Origin: Candidatus Kapaibacterium sp.
Lineage (GTDB): Bacteria; Bacteroidota; Ignavibacteria; Kapaibacteriales; UBA2268
Length of the DNA: 64,000 nt
Direction of reading: 5' to 3'
Assembly: GCA_963665665.1 (NCBI GenBank)
Contig: OY762428.1
Span: forward strand, 4,032,001 to 4,096,000
Below are positions 41,901-51,169 of this stretch, in pieces (the first letter of the stretch is position 1; each line of letters opens with the position of its first letter). The translations under genes were made by a program, and so were the position numbers. The notes under the pieces are model-generated. The model saw only the letters and a list, made by a program, of their open reading frames with translations, searched no databases and was not told the origin of the DNA.

Positions 41901-43202
41901 ACCAACTCTGCACTTGTTTATGATTTTGATAAAAATGGTATCAACGAGTTTGGATTCACCGGAATATTCAATACGGAAAATGGTAACCGGACTTTAATGG
42001 GATTTTTCGAATACGAGCAGTTCTCCGATGCCCCCTTAGCAGTAGCCGGCCTGAACGGTTATGCTATTAATGCTTCGCAGGCATATCTGAAATGGGAAAA
42101 CGTAACTGGCGCAGATCGTTATGATATCTACAAGCTGGTAAATTCCGGCGGACAGTTGTACGCAGAATTGATTGACTCGTCAACAACTGATGAAATTACT
42201 ATCAGTAATCTTGAGAATTATACCCAATACCGTTTTGTCCTTAAAACAATTGACAGCTCTATGAGCCAGATAGAAAGCGACTGGTCTGACATTTTAAATG
42301 TCTACACCCATACACCTTTCCGACCTGTAAATATTGAAACTGTTGACAGCAGGAAATTAATTCTTTCTTATAACGGATATCTTGCCACCAGGCCTGTCGA
42401 ACCGGGATTATTCAGCGTAACAGATGATAATATTTCTTTGATTCCTGAAAGTGTACAATTATTAAACGACAGCGCTTTAATTCTGACATTTCATAGCAAA
42501 ATTCCTGACGGAACATACAGCCTCAATGCCGGAAGTTTTCCCGATTATTTCGGAACGCCGACAGAGGCCGTTTCTTTGAATTTTGAAATGGAAGAAGTTG
42601 TAATCCCTGATGAAATATTCCTTTTATCTTTGAAGGTTGTGACCAATAACAGCCTTTTACTTAAATATTCTGAACCGCCATATAAAGACCAGGCAAAAGA
42701 TATTAATAATTATGAAATAAACCCTTTCGGTTCTGTGGCAAATGTGGACGAAACAAACGATCCTTCTGAGTTTGTTATTAATTTGAGTAGTGATACTCCT
42801 GTGGGCCCGAGAGGAAAAGAATACACACTGACTGTTTCAAATATCAGCGCTGAGTCCGGTAGAAATATTACACAAGGAGCCGGAAATACTCTTGGATTTG
42901 TACTTTCTGCTGAAAACAGCGGCAACGCTTATTTATATCCCAATCCTCTCGATATAACAAAAGGCGATGAAGCCATGTTTGCCGGCCTGCCCTCACGATG
43001 CAGGGTTGTTATCATGACAATCCGGGGAGACGTTATTCGGGAGATTGAAGAACTTGACGGCAACGGAGGAACAGAATGGGATGGCAAAGATAAGGATGGC
43101 AGCAAACTGAAAAGCGGGGTTTATCTGTTCAAGGTAATAGAGTACCTGGACGACGGAAGCGAAAAAGTTTCCGACTTTAAAAAATTTGCTTATATAAGGT
43201 AG
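38910..43202 (+). CDS. Secreted S8 subtilase with FG-GAP, FN3 and Ig-like domains and a T9SS-like CTD
   Basis: VVDTG, HGHGTAVSG, GTSMAAPH catalytic triad; DIDGDG repeats; YPNP..WDGKD..SGVY. Confidence 0.93.
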   Translation: MKLVSGLKMLQILSLVIFSLLLSAASLKAKKTYIVKFKSPPKNIDNVLDNDSFYKFTDRMPAMAGDKSRDFKQTPEFIELDKYFIIKVEDNSDLLSMFGNNIESAGPNRIFHIDAEEIDDPDYLEQWNIPAVKANEAWETATGKDILVGVVDTGIEYLHPDLKNQLWVNPGEDINNNGKFDPWPFSQTIDGVTGDINYIDDDKNGYADDIIGYDFVDQDVMNLGDSKTQDYDPRDEHGHGTAVSGIIAAEKNNSYGICGVAYNAKIVTLRGLDATGNGETDDIAASIIYGAMIGVDVMNFSFGESFNTPLIHDAVKFARSRGCVIAASSGNSGWDEKHYPSDYDEVISVGAIDSDLERDYRSNYGSRLALMAPGTNVMSDNFIGGTKAYSGTSMAAPHVAAAAAMLLESKPGLGPEEVKGILQSSARDAGDKGWDLFYASGILDINSALNATGSTKFNILFPMDQANFNRDKVQSIPVVANIITPLFDTYQVFITEGENAKERLGSYPEDEKKWIPVSDKIDLQCVNDTVAVINTSELKDTVYTVRILVSLKNSNTIEQRVKIELSSAANPLKISALSFAYPIFNESRSLFITAQTNRISSYLLRYRPKSSADPYKIVNETDYRSNYHSILLTDPSAIGIEMEADAIAYLETGDSVFHNFEFTIPEKSFPTSGFDMKEYSAPPSYINNEVASLYGSGSEVFAVNDYSYGTWGYAKLYQFEDGEFKSKDSLYGSWIPNGIGDSNGDGIMEVLAYKGGKTALFQAEPGSSNPFSSIMFADTILQNFWAAGMKDIDGDGLEDIIAFNDTTFFIMTYKNGKYEYIPALVEYPYNLIGTFPGLAVGDFDNDGNIELCHGNIRGNLIIHEFKNGQFSVEKIDGSTITSGSQYLYSADIDGDGTPEIISANFGQNVLLPNNDGGKSLWLYRVIKYTDEDYKVIWDDLLYGVRGGFGYRNAALAGNLDSDPADEIIISAFPNIYVMEWDDEKNDMKPMWTFPNVFTNSALVYDFDKNGINEFGFTGIFNTENGNRTLMGFFEYEQFSDAPLAVAGLNGYAINASQAYLKWENVTGADRYDIYKLVNSGGQLYAELIDSSTTDEITISNLENYTQYRFVLKTIDSSMSQIESDWSDILNVYTHTPFRPVNIETVDSRKLILSYNGYLATRPVEPGLFSVTDDNISLIPESVQLLNDSALILTFHSKIPDGTYSLNAGSFPDYFGTPTEAVSLNFEMEEVVIPDEIFLLSLKVVTNNSLLLKYSEPPYKDQAKDINNYEINPFGSVANVDETNDPSEFVINLSSDTPVGPRGKEYTLTVSNISAESGRNITQGAGNTLGFVLSAENSGNAYLYPNPLDITKGDEAMFAGLPSRCRVVIMTIRGDVIREIEELDGNGGTEWDGKDKDGSKLKSGVYLFKVIEYLDDGSEKVSDFKKFAYIR

Positions 43203-43232
43203 GATAAAATTTTTAAATATTTAAAAAATAAT

Positions 43233-43631
43233 ATGGCAACAGAAAATATTAGTAAAAAGTTAGAGAAATATGATTTCAATTTCGTAAATCAGGAGAAATC
43301 CATAATTATTAAAGCCGGGCTTTCGCAGGAAGTTGAAGTATGGTTTCATGAAAACGGAAAAATAATGATTAAGGACAAACTGACAGGATGGAATCCGTTA
43401 ACCGGACTAATCCAGATGAGCCTAAGAAGTGCCGTGATATATATATCCATTGCTTTCTTTGCTCTTCTTGCAGTAATGATATTTACATCATCAGTAAACG
43501 ACAATATTACCCCCTTTTTCGGCATTCTATATACGCTGTTGACAGTCTGGTCTGTTATGTGGGTAATATATTATACAATAAAGCTTGAAAGTTTGAAGAG
43601 GACCTTGATATTCTTCATAGAGAATGAATAA
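43233..43631 (+). CDS. Hypothetical membrane protein
   Basis: Two C-terminal TM segments. Confidence 0.7.
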   Translation: MATENISKKLEKYDFNFVNQEKSIIIKAGLSQEVEVWFHENGKIMIKDKLTGWNPLTGLIQMSLRSAVIYISIAFFALLAVMIFTSSVNDNITPFFGILYTLLTVWSVMWVIYYTIKLESLKRTLIFFIENE

Positions 43632-43683
43632 GTTTTTATTCATGGACAATATTCAAAATATTATAATCACCCTATCACAATAA

Positions 43684-44361
43684 TCAGATATTCAGCTTTT
43701 TCCTGTTTGTTTTGGGTTCGAACTCCTGAACATAATGGGGTGTAAAATCTGTAGTAGAAGTCAGTTTTCCTTCCCTGAACATCTGCATCCCGAGAGTTGC
43801 AATATAAGCCGGCGACAGAGTATTAAGCACTTCTACACTACTGTCATCTGACACAAGTCCTGCACCGGGCCCGCAAAGCAATGTATTCCCTGAATCTACA
43901 GCAAATTCAGAAATTGTACCTGTTTGGATTTCACTTTTCGGCTTCGCCGCTTTATCAAATTCCTGATAGTAAATAATATCCTTATAAGCCGGAATTACAG
44001 GAAGAATTTTATAGAATTCAAATTTCCCGTAACTTTGGGAAGCAGCAAGCGCAAGTGCAGATAAAGTAGGTACTGCTATCAGCGGAGGATTATCTCCAAA
44101 ACAGAGCCCCTTTGCCACGGCAGCGCCGATTCTCAGCCCGGTAAAGGAGCCCGGCCCGGCAGAAACTGCAACAGCATCAATATCCTTAACATCAAATGAC
44201 AAATCGCCGAGAAGCCTCCTGATATTTTCGGAAAGGAGCCTGTCGTGCAGATTGCTACCATATAAATTATATTCCCCTAAAAGGCCGCTATTGTCAATCA
44301 AGGCTGCCCCGCAGGTCGACCCGGATGTTTCAATTGCCAGTATTCTTGTATTCTTTTCCAT
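43684..44361 (-). CDS. tsaB: tRNA t6A biosynthesis protein TsaB
   Basis: LAIETS, GPGSFTGLRIG. Confidence 0.95.
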   Translation of the reverse strand: MEKNTRILAIETSGSTCGAALIDNSGLLGEYNLYGSNLHDRLLSENIRRLLGDLSFDVKDIDAVAVSAGPGSFTGLRIGAAVAKGLCFGDNPPLIAVPTLSALALAASQSYGKFEFYKILPVIPAYKDIIYYQEFDKAAKPKSEIQTGTISEFAVDSGNTLLCGPGAGLVSDDSSVEVLNTLSPAYIATLGMQMFREGKLTSTTDFTPHYVQEFEPKTNRKKLNI

Positions 44362-44485
44362 CAGTATTAATCTCTTTAGCCAAATTTATATTTTAGAAAC
44401 CGCTCGTCGTAATATCCTATCCCGACATACAATAGAGAAAGGATATCCCAATCCATTTTTTCTTTCGGATAAGATATCCGAAAAA

Positions 44486-44556
44486 GCATTTTGAATGAAT
44501 TGAAGAATCCGGTATTAGTACTGCATACTGGATTCTTCACTTCGTTCAGAATGACA
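44486..44556. repeat. REP-like long hairpin (GTCATTCTGA family)
   Basis: cattttgaatgaa.tgaagaatcc / ggattcttca.ttcgttcagaatg; related to 50466-50556. Confidence 0.75.
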
Positions 44557-44600
44557 AATCGTAAATATTTTGAACAAGGAGACATCGCCTATTAAATTTT

Positions 44601-44921
44601 CTACATTCCAAAATCCATTCCGGGGATTTTCGGGAGCATTCCGGTAACCTTCTTCATTTCCGAATCAGCCATTTCCGAGGCTGCCTGGGAAGCATTATTT
44701 ACAGCAGCCACGATAAGGTCTTCCATCATTTCCATATCTTCAGGATCAACAATTTCCTTACTAATATTTATTGAAACAACCCTGTTCGCACCTGTCATGG
44801 TAACTTTCACCATACCGCCGCCGGATTCTGCCGAAACAGTTTTCTGTGCAATTTCTCCTTTTACTCTTTCCATTTCCTGCTGTACTTTCTGGGCCTGCTG
44901 CATAATCGACTGGATATTCAT
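44601..44921 (-). CDS. ybaB: YbaB/EbfC nucleoid-associated protein
   Basis: QQAQKVQQEM, SGGGMVKV, EDLIVAAVNNA. Confidence 0.95.
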   Translation of the reverse strand: MNIQSIMQQAQKVQQEMERVKGEIAQKTVSAESGGGMVKVTMTGANRVVSINISKEIVDPEDMEMMEDLIVAAVNNASQAASEMADSEMKKVTGMLPKIPGMDFGM

Positions 44922-45076
44922 AGTTTTTTCCTTTTAAACATCTTTTTACCAATTTATTGAAACTAAATTAATAAAATCTTTGATTAGTTCTAAAACTTTG
45001 TTTAAATTTCTACGTTATTACATTTGAAAATAATAATTGATTTATATTTTTTGATTCACAATTCTCGAGGACAGAT

Positions 45077-45763
45077 ATGGGAATCTTCTCACGGATTTCG
45101 GATGTATTTAAAGCGAACGTCAACGACGCGCTCGACAAGGCTGAAGACCCCGAAAAAATGATCAAGCAAATGGTTATTGAAATGGAAGAATCGGTAAATA
45201 AAACTACTCTTGCTGTTTCAGGCGCTATTGCTAACGAAAAATCACTGGAAAGAAAAATTGAAAAAGCCCGCAGGGAACGCGACGACTGGGAGAAAAAAGC
45301 TATGCAGGCGCTCCAGGCAGGCCGCGAAGACCTGGCAAAAGCCGCCCTGGAGAAAAAGGCTGTGGCAGAAAGAAACATGAACGATATGGGCCCGATATAT
45401 CAGCAGGCAAAAACTACTGCCACGAAAATGCGCCAGCAACTTGATTCGCTGAAAAACAAACTGGACGAGGCACGCTCACGTCAGAGCACTCTGATAGCAC
45501 GCTCGCAGGCAGCCAAGGCACAAAAACAGATTTCACAGTCGATGAGCGGCGTGGGCTCCGATGCCTTTGGTAAATTCGAAAAATACGAAACTAAAGTTGA
45601 AAAACTTGAAGCTGAAGCTGAAGCTTTTGGCGAACTGGCAGGCGATGCCACAAGCCTTGACGATGAATTCAAAGCCCTGGAAAGCACTTCTGTTGTCGAT
45701 GACGACCTGATGAAGCTGAAAGCAAAAATGGGAATGCTCCCTGATTCATCCAAGGAAAATTAG
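45077..45763 (+). CDS. pspA: PspA/IM30 family protein
   Basis: MGIFSRISDVFKAN..AEDPEKM, GREDLAKAAL, coiled coil. Confidence 0.95.
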   Translation: MGIFSRISDVFKANVNDALDKAEDPEKMIKQMVIEMEESVNKTTLAVSGAIANEKSLERKIEKARRERDDWEKKAMQALQAGREDLAKAALEKKAVAERNMNDMGPIYQQAKTTATKMRQQLDSLKNKLDEARSRQSTLIARSQAAKAQKQISQSMSGVGSDAFGKFEKYETKVEKLEAEAEAFGELAGDATSLDDEFKALESTSVVDDDLMKLKAKMGMLPDSSKEN

Positions 45764-45787
45764 TAAGATATTTTTCGGAGAAAATAA

Positions 45788-46285
45788 ATGATAGATGAAA
45801 ATACATTACACAAAGATAACGAGGTTTCAGCAATGGAAACACCTATTGAATTAATTCAGCAGACCAATGAGAAAGTGGAAGCCGTTCTGGCAGAAAATTT
45901 CCCCGGCCACCTGAAATTCGGAGACGGGCAATATACAATTTCACATGGATCTACACAGATAATGATCGTGGTTCGTCCCTTCACCGACGACGAGACCTGC
46001 GTTGAATGTATTAGCCAGCTTGTTTCGGGCGCCACGGTAAATGAAGAACTTTCCAAATTCCTGCTCAGGAAAAATGCCGAGCTTCATTTTGGCGCTTTCG
46101 GCCTTCTTTTTGATGATACTATTACTTTCTCTCATTCCATCGCAGGAAAGAACCTCGATGCGAACGAGCTTCTAACAACTCTTAATTCCGTAGCAGTTAT
46201 TGCTGATTTTTATGATGATGAAATCGTGAATATGGCAGGCGGAAAGAGAGCAGCCGACATCAACGAAGCTGATCTTGAAGATTAA
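45788..46285 (+). CDS. YbjN/T3SS-chaperone-like domain protein
   Basis: HGST, FLLRKNAELHFGAFGL, ADFYDDEI..GGKRA. Confidence 0.75.
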   Translation: MIDENTLHKDNEVSAMETPIELIQQTNEKVEAVLAENFPGHLKFGDGQYTISHGSTQIMIVVRPFTDDETCVECISQLVSGATVNEELSKFLLRKNAELHFGAFGLLFDDTITFSHSIAGKNLDANELLTTLNSVAVIADFYDDEIVNMAGGKRAADINEADLED

Positions 46286-46315
46286 AGTAAATTATCAGTG
46301 AAATAAATTTCTTAT

Positions 46316-46350
46316 GCGTCCGGCAATAAAAATTGCCGGGCGTTTTTTTT
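46316..46350 (+). terminator. Intrinsic terminator
   Basis: gcgtccggcaat / attgccgggcg plus T-tract. Confidence 0.8.
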
Positions 46351-46364
46351 GTATCAAATAATTT

Positions 46365-46538
46365 TCAACTCAATTTTTTGATAATATTTCGGGCTAAAAT
46401 CTCATGAATTTCTTTATGTCTTGGAATCGGTTGAATGACTCCGGTTCTTTTATTTTTAAACCAATCATGTTTTCCACCATGCCGAACAAATTCACACCCA
46501 AGCTGCTGAAGAATTTTTATTAAATCCCTCCTTTTCAT
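46365..46538 (-). CDS. hicA: HicA family toxin (57 aa, missing from the ORF track)
   Basis: MKRRDLIKILQQLGCEFVRHGGKHDWF..QPIPRHKEI; start overlaps the hicB stop. Confidence 0.9.
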   Translation of the reverse strand: MKRRDLIKILQQLGCEFVRHGGKHDWFKNKRTGVIQPIPRHKEIHEILARNIIKKLS

Positions 46539-46726
46539 ACAATTTCTAAATCAATTGTATATCTTTTTCCGGGTATTTCTTCTTTTTCAATATCATGATA
46601 TATATCCTTAAGATTTTCCAGAAGTTCATCAAGAGAAATTCCCTGGGTCATATATTCAGGATAATCATTTAGATATCCAAGATAGAATTTGCCGTCCAGC
46701 CAATATGTTACAGATTTTTTTATCAT
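46535..46726 (-). CDS. hicB: Short HicB family antitoxin without a DNA-binding domain
   Basis: YLGYLNDYPEYMTQGISLDELLENLKD. Confidence 0.88.
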   Translation of the reverse strand: MIKKSVTYWLDGKFYLGYLNDYPEYMTQGISLDELLENLKDIYHDIEKEEIPGKRYTIDLEIV

Positions 46727-46807
46727 TTTTTTCCTGTCACATTCTATCAATTAAAACGAAAAAAACAGTAATTATTTTAGAATTTAAAACAATTGCTTTA
46801 TCAAGGC

Positions 46808-47953
46808 CTACAATTCCACTTCGCACTCGTCCGTTACCCTGAAACCGGTTAGAGGAATATTAGTAATTATAGCGCTAATATCTTTTTTTCTTTTTCCGTT
46901 GTAAATATACAAGCTGCAGAGTTCGTCACCAGCAAGAATTGCTGAAAATGCTATGGCCTTTCCTGATGGCGAGGATTGAATCTTCAGGCTTTCATCTTCG
47001 AAATCCCCAATAGCAGATGCAATTTCAGTGCGGCTTAATAATAATTCTTCCTTTCCTGCCGGAATGCTTATTGAATAAATACTGCCCGACCGGCTATAAA
47101 ACAGATTCGAATTGAGGCAGGCGCACTGTCCGTGTGTAATTTCAACATCACTGTTAACATCAATTTTTTCAGAACTAACGCCGTCAAAAAGCATAATATT
47201 TTCGTCAATATCAAAAAGGGCTTTGCTTTCGGACTGAATTATACCAAGCGAACGCGGAATATTTACCCTGACATCATCTTCGAAATCAATGATCCCATTG
47301 TTGTAATGAAATACCCTGTACAATGTATCCCCCTCGGGGAAGATTCCACCTGCAACAAAATAGGCCACCGAGGCATTCGCATTGAAAAGCGATGGCTGCG
47401 CTGGAAAAAAGAAATCATCCGCCCCGTTGAAAGCCTCTTCAAGATACTCCGTTATATCCTCGCTTTCCGACGAGCCGTCGCAGAACCAGGGGATTGTCAG
47501 CATATAACGATCTTTGTCCGTTCCTGAAGTATCGGTCAGTTTCAGGAATACACAGCTCAACTTACAATTGTAGCTTTGTGAAATATAAGGGTATCGAAGC
47601 ATTTCAACTTCTTTCCCTTCAAATTCGTTCAGGATAATATCAATATCCCAGAGTTTGGCTTCTTTGCAATATTTCCAGTATCTTTTGGATATTTCCGCCC
47701 CGTATTGGAAAAGTACTTTTCCGTTTTCACAGCACTGTGTAATATATTCCGGCTTATTCCAGGCAGCTTTCCTAAGCTGGTTTTGAGAAGTCCTGTAAAC
47801 ATAAAATCCACTTTCGGAACTGTCGGTTACGGGATTATCCCCAAGGCTGAAATACACAATTGTTGATTTACTTTCTTCAGGGCCGCCACTCTCGTCAGGA
47901 CAGGATTGCAAAGAAAATGATAATAAAATAAATATAATGATATTTCTATACAT
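46808..47953 (-). CDS. Hypothetical lipoprotein, possibly a beta-propeller
   Basis: LQSC lipobox; SPSGKAIAFS near the C-terminus. Confidence 0.7.
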   Translation of the reverse strand: MYRNIIIFILLSFSLQSCPDESGGPEESKSTIVYFSLGDNPVTDSSESGFYVYRTSQNQLRKAAWNKPEYITQCCENGKVLFQYGAEISKRYWKYCKEAKLWDIDIILNEFEGKEVEMLRYPYISQSYNCKLSCVFLKLTDTSGTDKDRYMLTIPWFCDGSSESEDITEYLEEAFNGADDFFFPAQPSLFNANASVAYFVAGGIFPEGDTLYRVFHYNNGIIDFEDDVRVNIPRSLGIIQSESKALFDIDENIMLFDGVSSEKIDVNSDVEITHGQCACLNSNLFYSRSGSIYSISIPAGKEELLLSRTEIASAIGDFEDESLKIQSSPSGKAIAFSAILAGDELCSLYIYNGKRKKDISAIITNIPLTGFRVTDECEVEL

Positions 47954-47954
47954 A

Positions 47955-48332
47955 TTATTGCCTCTGTTTTATTTCAAACATATTGCCCGAATTATCTTTA
48001 ATGAATACAGGATGTCCCTGTTTTGGTATAATCACTTTAAATCCGGATTCTTTTGATAATTCTGCAATTTTTTGGGGGTTATCGGATAGCAGGCATAAAT
48101 GATTTATATTGGGTACAGCTGAATTTATTGATTCAATCAGAAATAGCTCTATCATCAGCTCTTCTTTTCTGATTACCTGAACAGGTATTTGGGCTTTTAC
48201 TTCGAACAGTTCATCTGAAATGCCGGACGGTATTATAAAATCATAATCTTTTTTAAATCCAAGAATATCTATCCATAGTTTTTCTAAGTCGTTTGTATTT
48301 GATATTATTCCTATATGATGAAGCTCAGTCAT
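47955..48332 (-). CDS. VOC/glyoxalase family protein
   Basis: LHHIGI, NHLCL, FIKDNSGNMFEI. Confidence 0.88.
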   Translation of the reverse strand: MTELHHIGIISNTNDLEKLWIDILGFKKDYDFIIPSGISDELFEVKAQIPVQVIRKEELMIELFLIESINSAVPNINHLCLLSDNPQKIAELSKESGFKVIIPKQGHPVFIKDNSGNMFEIKQRQ

Positions 48333-48469
48333 TTATTTACTCCTGTAATTGTTAAAACACAATTTATAAAAACATTCAGGAATAAAAAAAATTTTCAATA
48401 TTCTAAATCTTTAATCTCTGTTTCCGGATGAATAATTGGGGTAGGGCTTATCAATACAAATGATAAAAA

Positions 48470-48540
48470 GAACGGCGGCTGATCATATCTTTCGCACGTT
48501 GACGCGCATACCCTTTCTGCCAAAAAACCAGCCGCCGTTT
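48470..48540. other. Long-loop inverted repeat (terminator or structured RNA)
   Basis: aacggcggctg / cagccgccgtt arms enclosing a gcacg/cgcgc inner hairpin. Confidence 0.5.
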
Positions 48541-48545
48541 ATAAA

Positions 48546-49949
48546 TTATTCAACTATCAGCTTACGAATGCAAACACTTGATTCGCAAGAAATTTCAATA
48601 TGATAGGTACCGGATGATAATTTACCGGCCGGGATTGATATATTGTTTTCAGTTGTAACTAATTCCATCAATATTTTTCCATTTATATCAATTACTTTTA
48701 TAATTGATTTTTCAGATATATTGGAATTATCAATTCTTATGTTAAAATGTCCGGATTTTACCACGGGATTGGGATAAACTGTTGCTAAGTCAGGATTAAA
48801 AGTCTTTTCTACTGAACTTGTTCCGGGAGTGTATTCAATAATACCGTTTTTTGTGCCAAACAGGATTCTGCCGTCGTTTAGATTCTCAGTGGAATAAATA
48901 CCGGAAAAGTCAATCATCGGCCTTCCGGTTTTTGCGTTAACATCAATTGAATAAGTATCTTCATAATCATAATAATACAGGCCGTCGTGAAATTTTACAA
49001 GAAATATACCGTCGTCAGCGTTTATCGCCATGTTATCAAAATATCTCATGGCAACATATCCCTCTTCTTCACCCGGAATAATCCATTCCCCGTCTTCGTA
49101 TTTAGCCAGATAACTCGGGGAAAAATTATAATTATCGCCCTGAATATGCTCGTAAAGTATCCACAGATTTCCGTCTTCATCGAAATCAACGCAGGCTGCA
49201 TCATGGAAATTAGTTTTATCCATGATAATTGGAAGGTCATGAACCAGTATCGTATCCCCGCTTATCTGAAACAAGCCTCCGACAGCGCCTGTATCCTGAG
49301 TATTGTGGAAACTTGCACACCACAGGCTCCCGTCAGGCGCCAGCTTTATATTCGTATTGGAAAAGAATGCCACTCCCATATTACTCACTTCCTGCAGGCT
49401 GAATAAAATTTCGATTTCTTCTCCATTCCAGCGCAGGACTTCGCTGCCCATATTGTTATATATCTTTGTACCGCTATACTCGCCCTGGTAGGCAAGTATG
49501 GCACTTACAAAATAAATATTTCCTTCATTGTCTGCCTCTGCATAATCGGTTTCCCTTATTGCTGTATCGCCGGTAGGAGCTATCATTTTATGCCATTCCA
49601 CACCATCGTACATCATAAAATATTTTCCGGCCATGCAGCATATATTGCCGTTTTTATCTATTTCAGGGGCTGAAATAACAATTTTCGGATCAATATCCCA
49701 ATTGAACTGAGGCCTGGATATTCTCTCCCATTCAACACCCTGAAATTTTTCAATTGCATAGGAAGTTTCAAAACTACTCTGGCTGAACTCATTGGATAAA
49801 GCATAAATCGTTTCGTTATCTTCATCATAGAGTGTTGAAGTAATAGCAATACCGGAAGACTGGCCTATTTCCAGGAATTTCCATTCTTCAGCGTTCAAAA
49901 TACTAAATGAAAACAGGCAAACAATAATAGTCCATACTACGCAACGCAT
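48546..49949 (-). CDS. T9SS-secreted beta-propeller-like protein
   Basis: Signal peptide, DxxGNLW-type repeats, VYPNP..IDINGK..SSGTY CTD. Confidence 0.85.
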   Translation of the reverse strand: MRCVVWTIIVCLFSFSILNAEEWKFLEIGQSSGIAITSTLYDEDNETIYALSNEFSQSSFETSYAIEKFQGVEWERISRPQFNWDIDPKIVISAPEIDKNGNICCMAGKYFMMYDGVEWHKMIAPTGDTAIRETDYAEADNEGNIYFVSAILAYQGEYSGTKIYNNMGSEVLRWNGEEIEILFSLQEVSNMGVAFFSNTNIKLAPDGSLWCASFHNTQDTGAVGGLFQISGDTILVHDLPIIMDKTNFHDAACVDFDEDGNLWILYEHIQGDNYNFSPSYLAKYEDGEWIIPGEEEGYVAMRYFDNMAINADDGIFLVKFHDGLYYYDYEDTYSIDVNAKTGRPMIDFSGIYSTENLNDGRILFGTKNGIIEYTPGTSSVEKTFNPDLATVYPNPVVKSGHFNIRIDNSNISEKSIIKVIDINGKILMELVTTENNISIPAGKLSSGTYHIEISCESSVCIRKLIVE

Positions 49950-50337
49950 AATAAACCTCTTAAAGATAATTCATTGATCAAAAACTTTAGATAACTTACC
50001 CGGCTATTTTAATTTGGTTACAATTAAATATGATGAAATTTCGAAGATTGATCCATACCCTCCGGATGCATCAAGTGTTCAGATTTCGAAATAATATATT
50101 TTTAAGAATTCTTTATCATTTTGCTAATTGATTGTAAACCAACAGAATAAAAAAAAGCCGGAAAGGGCATTGTCCGACTTTATTTGTATTGGTTCTAATT
50201 CCAACAGTACCTAACAACTTGGCAGAGGGTACCTTTATTTCTTTTATAACCCGCCAATTGAAAAAAGGCTACAAAAAAAGTTATATTTTTACATTATTCT
50301 TGATAATTAAAATAAAATGCGATAAGAATTCCGGATC

Positions 50338-50428
50338 AATTCCCCTTGAGGGATGGCCGAAGGCCGGGGGTGGAGTTGCGTAAAATTCCCCTCGTTGAGG
50401 GGTGGCGAGCGTAGCGAGACGGGGTGGA
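50338..50428. repeat. Two tandem REP-like hairpins (CCCCT..AGGG...GGGGTGG)
   Basis: aattccccttgagggatggccgaaggccggggtgg-like and aattcccctcgttgaggggtggcgagcgtagcgagacggggtgg. Confidence 0.7.
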
Positions 50429-50465
50429 TTCTTATTCCGGTTGAAGTTATTATAGTTGCCGAAAG

Positions 50466-50556
50466 GTCATTCTGAGCGCCAGCGAAGAATCCATTCTTTT
50501 TTCATCAGCTACTAAGAAAGATGGATTCTTCAGTCGCTTCGCTCCGTCAGAATGAC
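50466..50556. repeat. REP-like long hairpin (GTCATTCTGA family)
   Basis: gtcattctga..gaagaatccat / atggattcttc..tcagaatgac. Confidence 0.8.
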
Positions 50557-50602
50557 AACATAATACTTCCTTCTCCGGCCCTTACCACCCGTTCTTCCAC
50601 CC

Positions 50603-51169
50603 CAATGAACCAACCGCCGGCCTTAATTCACCAACCTGTGGTTTCAATGAATCGAATATTTTCCTTAATTCAATGCTGTTTTGAACCAAAATCCTGATGT
50701 TTGGGCTAAATGCTTTGTTGGCAGGGCTTTATACTGCCTTGTCCGGAGGTATTGAAGCATTGTCCCGCCTTAATGTAATGAAATTCCGCCTCATTGTATG
50801 CTTGTTTAGCCTTATTGTTGCCTTGTTCCGCCTCATTGCTTGCTTGTTCCGCTTTACTGATGTCTTGTTCTGCTTCATTGCTCACTTGTTCCGCCTTACT
50901 GATGTCTTGTTCCGCTTTATTGCTTGCTTGTTTGGCTTCATTGATGTCTTGTTCTACTTCATTGCTTGCTTGTTCTGCCTTATTGAAGTCTTGTTCCGCC
51001 TCATTGCTTGCTTGTTCTGCCTCATTGATGTCTTGTTCCGCCTCAATGCATGCTTGTTTTACCTCATTGCTTGCTTGTTTGGCCTCGTTGATGTCTTGTT
51101 CCGCCTCATTGTATGCTTGTTTAGCCTTATTGACGACTTGTTCTGTCTCATTGATTGCTTGTTTGGCAT
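50603..51169. repeat. 21-bp tandem array: 18 conserved units (50792-51169) plus about 9 decayed in-register units
   Basis: Units such as cattgcttgcttgttccgcct and cattgatgtcttgttccgcct; the 21-bp register is traceable back to 50603. Confidence 0.9.
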
